Below the pieces are notes generated by a model. It was not told where the DNA came from and searched no databases. It was given only the letters and a program-made list of their open reading frames with translations. Positions 26,924 through 32,000 of a DNA stretch of 32,000 nt are shown here, piece by piece. Numbering within the stretch: the first letter of the stretch is position 1; the number at the start of each line of letters is the position of its first letter. The stretch lies in NCBI GenBank assembly GCA_963806635.1, contig CAWDZA010000023.1, positions 226,876 through 258,875 of the forward strand, given 5' to 3'. Source of the DNA: an uncultured Chloroflexia bacterium (GTDB taxonomy: Bacteria > Chloroflexota > Anaerolineae > Anaerolineales > Anaerolineaceae). The translations under genes were made by a program, and so were the position numbers.

Positions 26924-27901
26924 ATGGTCACACGGATGGAAGAATTGCTTGAAGTTCTACGCGTCCCCCCCGGCAAAAAGGTTGATCTGCGCAAGGATTA
27001 TGATCCCAGCTTTACCGGAAAGTGGATGGGGAAGGAGGAAGCCGAGGAAACCCTGGCAGAGGGCGTGCAGTTGCTTGCCCAGGAACAGGATAAGCTCTAC
27101 GCGCAGGATAACTACGCCGTGCTGATGATCCTGCAGGCCATGGACGCCGCAGGCAAGGATGGCACCATCAAGCACGTTATGTCTGGTGTGAATCCCCAGG
27201 GCGTGGATGTGCACAGTTATAAAGCGCCCGCCGGAGATGAATTGGATCATGATTTCATGTGGCGGCACTTTCGCGACCTGCCCCGCCGCGGGCATGTCGG
27301 CATTTTCAACAGGTCATATTATGAAGAGGTGCTTGTCGTCCGCGTACACCCCGAATACCTGCAGGGGCAAAAACTTCCTCCGCGCCTGAAGACAAAGAAC
27401 ATCTGGAAACAGCGTTTTGAGCAGATCAATTATTTCGAGAAATACCTGGTGGAGAACGGTATCGTTGTGTTAAAAATGTTCCTCCACGTTTCCAAAGAGG
27501 AGCAAGGCAGGCGATTTCAGGACCGTGCTACCCAGCCGGAGAAGAACTGGAAATTTTCTGCGGCAGATATGAAGGAACGCGACCGCTGGGAAGATTACAT
27601 GGATGCTTATGAGGATGTGTTCAACCACACCAGCACCGAATGGGCGCCCTGGTATATCGTCCCCGCCGATAACAAATGGTTCACCCGCCTTGCAGTGGCG
27701 GCCGTGCTTTACCACACCATGAAGAACCTCGATCTCGCCTACCCTGTGGTGAGCCCCGAGCAGAAGAAAGCCCTGGAACTGGCCAGCTTTGAACTGGAGA
27801 AGCAGGGGATCATCGCCGATCCCGTTGAAAAAGAACAAAAAAAGGAAAAGAAAGATCCTTATTCCCCAAAGAAAAAGAAAAAAGGAAAAAAGAAGAAGTA
27901 A
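26924..27901 (+). CDS. Polyphosphate kinase 2 family (PPK2) protein with lysine-rich tail
   Basis: YAVLMILQAMDAAGKDGTIKHVMSGVNPQG; FNRSYYEEVLVVRVHPE; ERDRWEDYMDAYEDVFNHTSTEWAPWYIVPADNKWFTRLAVA; tail KKKKKGKKKK. Confidence 0.93.
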   Translation: MVTRMEELLEVLRVPPGKKVDLRKDYDPSFTGKWMGKEEAEETLAEGVQLLAQEQDKLYAQDNYAVLMILQAMDAAGKDGTIKHVMSGVNPQGVDVHSYKAPAGDELDHDFMWRHFRDLPRRGHVGIFNRSYYEEVLVVRVHPEYLQGQKLPPRLKTKNIWKQRFEQINYFEKYLVENGIVVLKMFLHVSKEEQGRRFQDRATQPEKNWKFSAADMKERDRWEDYMDAYEDVFNHTSTEWAPWYIVPADNKWFTRLAVAAVLYHTMKNLDLAYPVVSPEQKKALELASFELEKQGIIADPVEKEQKKEKKDPYSPKKKKKGKKKK

Positions 27902-27941
27902 TGGCTTTGCTCATCCAACCTCAGCGACTCATTCGGTATAA

Positions 27942-28631
27942 ATGACTGAAAAGCAGGGCGCGCAAAATTTGAACGCGCCGATATCCCGGCGAAAATTCTT
28001 ACTCGCCTCTGGAGCGGCTGCCGGAATAACGCTGATTGCGGCAGGCTGCTCCTCTGCATCCCGGCGCACGGATGGGCAAATCCACTGGGTTAATCAAACA
28101 TACGGAGAGGAAAATAAGATGGCAGAAAAGGTGTTGGTAGCGTATGCAAGCCGGACGGGATCCACGGCGGGGGTTGCGGATGCCATTGCCCGGACCCTGG
28201 CGGCCAAAGGCAGCCAGGTGGAAGTGAAACAAATGACGGAGGTAACTGACCTTGGCCAGTATCGCGCCGTGGTGGCGGGCAGCGCGATCCGCGGGCAGAA
28301 ATGGCTTCCGGAGGCCATGGACTTCCTGGAGGCCAACAAGCTTGAACTGGTCCGAAAACCCTTTGCCGACTTTATGGTTTGCATAACCCTGGCGATGAAA
28401 AATGGGGAGAGCTATCGGGAGGGCGTGAAGGATTGGATGGCTCCCGTGCGAAGAACCGTAAAACCGTTCAGTGAGGGGTATTTCGCCGGCGCGCTGGATC
28501 TTTCCAAATTATCCGGCATGGATAAGGTGAAAATGGGACTAGCCGCGAGCCTGGGTGTTTTTCCCAAAGGCGATCACCGGGATTGGAAAGCCATCGAAAC
28601 CTGGGCGGAGGGCATCGCCGGGTCGTTATAA
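27942..28631 (+). CDS. Flavodoxin-domain protein with Tat signal and lipobox
   Basis: ISRRKFLLASGAAAGITLIAAGCSSA; VLVAYASRTGSTAGVADAIARTLAAKGSQVEV; GSAIRGQKW. Confidence 0.8.
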   Translation: MTEKQGAQNLNAPISRRKFLLASGAAAGITLIAAGCSSASRRTDGQIHWVNQTYGEENKMAEKVLVAYASRTGSTAGVADAIARTLAAKGSQVEVKQMTEVTDLGQYRAVVAGSAIRGQKWLPEAMDFLEANKLELVRKPFADFMVCITLAMKNGESYREGVKDWMAPVRRTVKPFSEGYFAGALDLSKLSGMDKVKMGLAASLGVFPKGDHRDWKAIETWAEGIAGSL

Positions 28632-28832
28632 CCCGATATGCCGTAGACCAAATCCCCTGAAAAATGGTGTCATATAACAATAGTTATCGAAAGCAATAAT
28701 CCGGAGGATGTTGGATAGCCTTACCAAATTGAAAGGACGATTGCCTTTTCCCGCATGTACAATTGATGTATGCTATTATGCAGGAAAATATCTCAATTTA
28801 TTATGATTTTTTGGGCATAAGAGGATAGTAAT

Positions 28833-29783
28833 ATGGCCGACATGAAAATTTTCTTCGCGACGGATCTGCATGGTTCGGATGCTGCTTTCCGGAAATTCCT
28901 CAATGCTGCACAGGTATATAAACCCGACGTGATGATCCTTGGCGGAGATATGACCGGGCGGCAGGTGGTCCCTTTCATAAAGTTTGCCAATGGCAAGGCC
29001 GCCTTCACCTGGCAGGGCAAAGATATCACCGCCGAGCCGGATGAGATTCCCAACTATGCCCGCCAGATCCGCTCCGCCGGAGCCTATCCCTTTTTCACCA
29101 CGCCCGACCAATTTACTCAGCTAAAAAGCAACCCCAATGATTTAAAGAGAACTTACCGCGAGACGATATGCTACTCGGTTCTCGAATGGATCGAGATGGC
29201 GGATGACCGCCTGGGGAAAGCCGGGATCGAGTGCTATTTCCTACCCGGCAACGATGATGACCTGCTGGTGGATGAAACCTTCTATAAAGCCCAGTGGGTG
29301 AAGAACCCCGAGGGCAAGGTGGTGATCCTGCGCGGCGAATACGAAATGATCTCCACCGGTTTCACCAACCTGAACCCCTGGCGCTCCTTCCGCGAGCTTA
29401 ACGAGGATCAACTGCTGGAAAAACTGGAGGGCATGGCCGGCAGACTTAACCTACCTTCACGGGCCATCTTCAATTTCCACTGCCCGCCTTATAAGACTGA
29501 TCTGGATTATGGAATCCTGCTGGATTCCAACCTTAACCCGATCGGCGGGGAGGGCAATGAGCAGGGTGGTCCGCTGGGCAGTAAGGCAGTCCGGCAGATC
29601 ATAGAAACCTATCAGCCTCTGCTCAGCCTGCACGGGCATGTACCCGAAAGCAGCGGGATCATTAAAATGAACAAGACGGTCTGCGTCAACCCCGGCAGCG
29701 AGGCCGAAGAAGGCGCCTTACACGCCGCGCTGGTCGTGGTGGATAGCCAGCGGGTGAAAGGCCACATGCTCACAAATTCCTGA
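28833..29783 (+). CDS. Metallophosphoesterase
   Basis: KIFFATDLHGSDAAFRKFLNAA...PDVMILGGDMTG; LPGNDDD; LSLHGHVPES. Confidence 0.85.
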   Translation: MADMKIFFATDLHGSDAAFRKFLNAAQVYKPDVMILGGDMTGRQVVPFIKFANGKAAFTWQGKDITAEPDEIPNYARQIRSAGAYPFFTTPDQFTQLKSNPNDLKRTYRETICYSVLEWIEMADDRLGKAGIECYFLPGNDDDLLVDETFYKAQWVKNPEGKVVILRGEYEMISTGFTNLNPWRSFRELNEDQLLEKLEGMAGRLNLPSRAIFNFHCPPYKTDLDYGILLDSNLNPIGGEGNEQGGPLGSKAVRQIIETYQPLLSLHGHVPESSGIIKMNKTVCVNPGSEAEEGALHAALVVVDSQRVKGHMLTNS

Positions 29784-29820
29784 GGTATTGAATTAGCAGA
29801 TTCTTCGCAAACGAGAGACA

Positions 29821-29850
29821 AAAAAAACCAGCGGTATGCCGCTGGTTTTT
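29821..29850. terminator. Bidirectional rho-independent terminator
   Basis: AAAAAACCAGCGG tatg CCGCTGGTTTTTT between convergent genes. Confidence 0.88.
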
Positions 29851-29867
29851 TATTGGGGTGGTACAAG

Positions 29868-30257
29868 TTACTTTTTCTGTACTTCGGTTCCGAAGGCTCT
29901 GCGGGTACTGGGGAGCATCACGTAGAGCAGGATCAGGCCATTCAAAATGAATGAGGCGCTGACATCGTTAAAAACTGCGGGAGTGCTTGCCAATGAGAAA
30001 ACTTCGAAGATCAGATTGATGGTGGTGATCGCTGCCAGGAAGAGCCAGGCCTGGGGATTTACAGCCCACAACATCTGAACCAGCCAGATATAGATATAGG
30101 CAAGCAGACCCCACATAAAGGCGTTCCAGATATTGGCGCCAAAGGGCGAGAAGAGGCCCAATGATTTCAGGGCGAAGTATAGCGAAATCGCGGCCATTAC
30201 GCCAGCCAGGATGGCCAGCACGGTTACAACAAACGGGCGTTTCTTAGTTTCAGTCAT
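29868..30257 (-). CDS. Small multi-pass membrane protein
   Basis: 129 aa with several hydrophobic segments (VTVLAILAGVMAAISLYFAL; NAFMWGLLAYIYIWLVQMLWAV). Confidence 0.65.
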   Translation of the reverse strand: MTETKKRPFVVTVLAILAGVMAAISLYFALKSLGLFSPFGANIWNAFMWGLLAYIYIWLVQMLWAVNPQAWLFLAAITTINLIFEVFSLASTPAVFNDVSASFILNGLILLYVMLPSTRRAFGTEVQKK

Positions 30258-30365
30258 TCATTCCTCCGATTAAATTTTGGATATCTTATTATAAAACACC
30301 CTGATTGAAAATAGTTCCGCCAATATTTAGAGGGTTATAATCCTGTTTATTCAAAAGGCGGAGCC

Positions 30366-30785
30366 ATGTCCTTCACATCCTATAAAACATATCATCTGGT
30401 AAAAAGCGAAGATCTCAACCACCACGGCACCCTCTACGCGGGGCGGACGGCGGAATGGTTCGTAGAATCCGGGTTCGTGTCCGCAGCCAGCCTGACCAAA
30501 CCGGAAAATATCGTCTGCCTGAAAATCCACGGCATGCTCTTCAGCCACCCCGTCCATAAGGGTGACCTGATCAGCTTCGAAAGCAGCATTGTGTATGCGG
30601 GAACAGCTTCTTTGATTGCCCATATCGTTTCGTGTGTCAAGGAGACAGTCGTCGTGGAAGGATTCATCACTTTCATTCATGTCGATCTGCAGGGCAAGAC
30701 CATCCCCCACGGCGTCAAAGTAACTCCAACTACCCCTGAAGAAACAGCTCTATACGACAAGGCAAAAGCCCTACCCAAATCTTGA
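30366..30785 (+). CDS. Hotdog-fold acyl-CoA thioesterase
   Basis: SEDLNHHGTLYAGRTAEWFVESGFVSAASL; GDLISFESSIVYAGTASLIAHI. Confidence 0.8.
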   Translation: MSFTSYKTYHLVKSEDLNHHGTLYAGRTAEWFVESGFVSAASLTKPENIVCLKIHGMLFSHPVHKGDLISFESSIVYAGTASLIAHIVSCVKETVVVEGFITFIHVDLQGKTIPHGVKVTPTTPEETALYDKAKALPKS

Positions 30786-30834
30786 GAATATATAATGAAA
30801 TTACACCGCCCGGAAATTCTCCGGGCGGTTTTTT

Positions 30835-31263
30835 CTACATATCGTGTGACATGATCATCAGGTTGCCCCGCCGGAACCATCCGGCAGCTTCCCAAAAACC
30901 CAAGCCGGTTTCGTTGTCGGTATAGACGAAGATATGGCAGCGGGTGATCCCTTCAGCCACCAGTGCATTGAGACAGCGATCCACCAGCCCCCGGCCGATC
31001 CCCATATGGCGGGCATCCGGCGCAACCGCCAGATGCTGCAGGTATCCCCTGCGCCCGTCGTGACCGCCAAGGATAGCGCCCACCAGTTTGGCATTGATGC
31101 GGGCTTTGAAGCTGAACCCGGGATTGCGTTTTAAGTATTTTCCGATCGCTTCTGGAGAATCCGCGGCGCTCAAGCCGATCCCGGGCATCCCGTCCCACAG
31201 CGCACACACTTCCGGGTAGTCCGCCATGATGATGGGTGAATATTCGACTTTGGACTCAGTCAT
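30835..31263 (-). CDS. GNAT-family N-acetyltransferase
   Basis: GYLQHLAVAPDARHMGIGRGLVDRCLNAL; IFVYTDNETGLGFWEAAGW. Confidence 0.88.
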   Translation of the reverse strand: MTESKVEYSPIIMADYPEVCALWDGMPGIGLSAADSPEAIGKYLKRNPGFSFKARINAKLVGAILGGHDGRRGYLQHLAVAPDARHMGIGRGLVDRCLNALVAEGITRCHIFVYTDNETGLGFWEAAGWFRRGNLMIMSHDM

Positions 31264-31285
31264 TCCGGTTTTCCTCTCCCGAATT

Positions 31286-32000
31286 CTACACCCCCACCAG
31301 GCGGGCAAGCAGGTTGGGTCTGGGGGTGAGGGCGCCATGCGGGCAAACCTCCACACAGCACATGCAACCAATGCACTTTGAAAGGTTGAATGTGGCGGTG
31401 TCTTGAATTGTGATCACATCCGCAGGGCAGGATTCGGCGCAGGTGCCGCAGGCGGTGCACTTTGTGGGGTCGATCTGTGGCTGCAGCTTGATCTTTTCCT
31501 GTATGGGGGCTGTAAACCAGGAGGGCATATCCAGGAACCAGCGTGCTTTGGGAAGGTCGAGCCTTCCAAGCTGCAGGATAGTGCGGTCCCCGGCAAGGTG
31601 AATAAGCTCCGGGTGATGATTCCCCAGTCCGCGTTCTTCCGCTTGCGCCAGGTGAACCACACCCCCTGTGGAGAATCCCATTGCCCCAGCCAGAACGCTA
31701 TCCAGCGCAACCGCATCGGTAGAAGCTGCCAGCAGGTTGTAAGCATGCGGGGTGCCACTGGTACCCGGCCCATTACCCTCCATGCCGAGGATGCCATCCA
31801 TGATGTTGAGCTGTGGTTTCACCAGCCCTAAAATATCCACCAGCGCCCGGCTGAATTCAGTCACCCCCGGTGCGCGGACGTGGATCTCGCGCTTGCGCCC
31901 GCCTGGCAGCACGCCAAGCAGGTTCTTGACCGCGCCGGTGTAGCGGGTGAGGGTATGGGTCTTCATTTTCGGCAGATTGATGACCAGGTCGGCATCCAGC
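31286..32000 (-). CDS. DUF362-type iron-sulfur protein with 2[4Fe-4S] ferredoxin domain, N-terminus beyond window
   Basis: LDADLVINLPKMKTHTLTRYTGAVKN; IDPTKCTACGTCAESCPADVITI; CIGCMCCVEVCPHGAL. Confidence 0.85.
   Translation of the reverse strand, partial: LDADLVINLPKMKTHTLTRYTGAVKNLLGVLPGGRKREIHVRAPGVTEFSRALVDILGLVKPQLNIMDGILGMEGNGPGTSGTPHAYNLLAASTDAVALDSVLAGAMGFSTGGVVHLAQAEERGLGNHHPELIHLAGDRTILQLGRLDLPKARWFLDMPSWFTAPIQEKIKLQPQIDPTKCTACGTCAESCPADVITIQDTATFNLSKCIGCMCCVEVCPHGALTPRPNLLARLVGV

Noticed and set aside
1-32000. tRNA, rRNA or riboswitch genes
   Set aside because: No convincing conserved rRNA segments, tRNA cloverleaf signatures or known riboswitch motifs recognised by eye; a covariance-model scan would be needed to exclude them.

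Overview
This 32 kb window looks like an Anaerolineae/Chloroflexota-type metagenomic contig (inferred from protein style only). Four blocks stand out. (1) 1-6.8 kb is a dense partition/replication-like module. It has ParA plus a small RHH-like protein, followed immediately by an eight-unit tandem array with ~25 bp period (core TGCAGAATTTGCMY, 521-710). It also has a second ParA with ParB, an ExeA/TniB-like AAA+ ATPase, a small basic protein, and a DnaA-domain-I-like/winged-helix initiator candidate. A GTAACCGCGGTTAC palindrome sits at the parB stop and again at the initiator stop. (2) 18.2-19.95 kb is arsR-hgcA-hgcB, the mercury-methylation gene pair: HgcA carries GINVWCAAGKGTFGT and HgcB carries CMECGAC with a terminal Cys-Cys. 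The promoter ahead of it (TTGACA-N16-TATAAT) has a perfect inverted repeat lying across its spacer. (3) 20.0-24.26 kb, immediately upstream on the same strand, is a tightly packed arsR / GcvH-like / DGC / DGC / OsmC / redox-active thioredoxin-like / arsC / ACR3 run, a candidate uncharacterised thiol/metalloid-handling system. (4) The rest is glycerol/polyol-type catabolism (FGGY kinase, FAD oxidase, glpD-like, FadR-like), proC, M29 aminopeptidase, a possible divergent isoprenoid-synthase-fold protein, PPK2, a Tat-lipoprotein flavodoxin, metallophosphoesterase, hotdog thioesterase, GNAT and a DUF362/ferredoxin protein. Several conserved genes (proC, glpD, ACR3, the DnaA_N gene, an SGNH hydrolase) are broken by single-base-type frameshifts, which suggests residual assembly indels; treat pseudogene calls with caution. 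No rRNA, tRNA or CRISPR was recognised.
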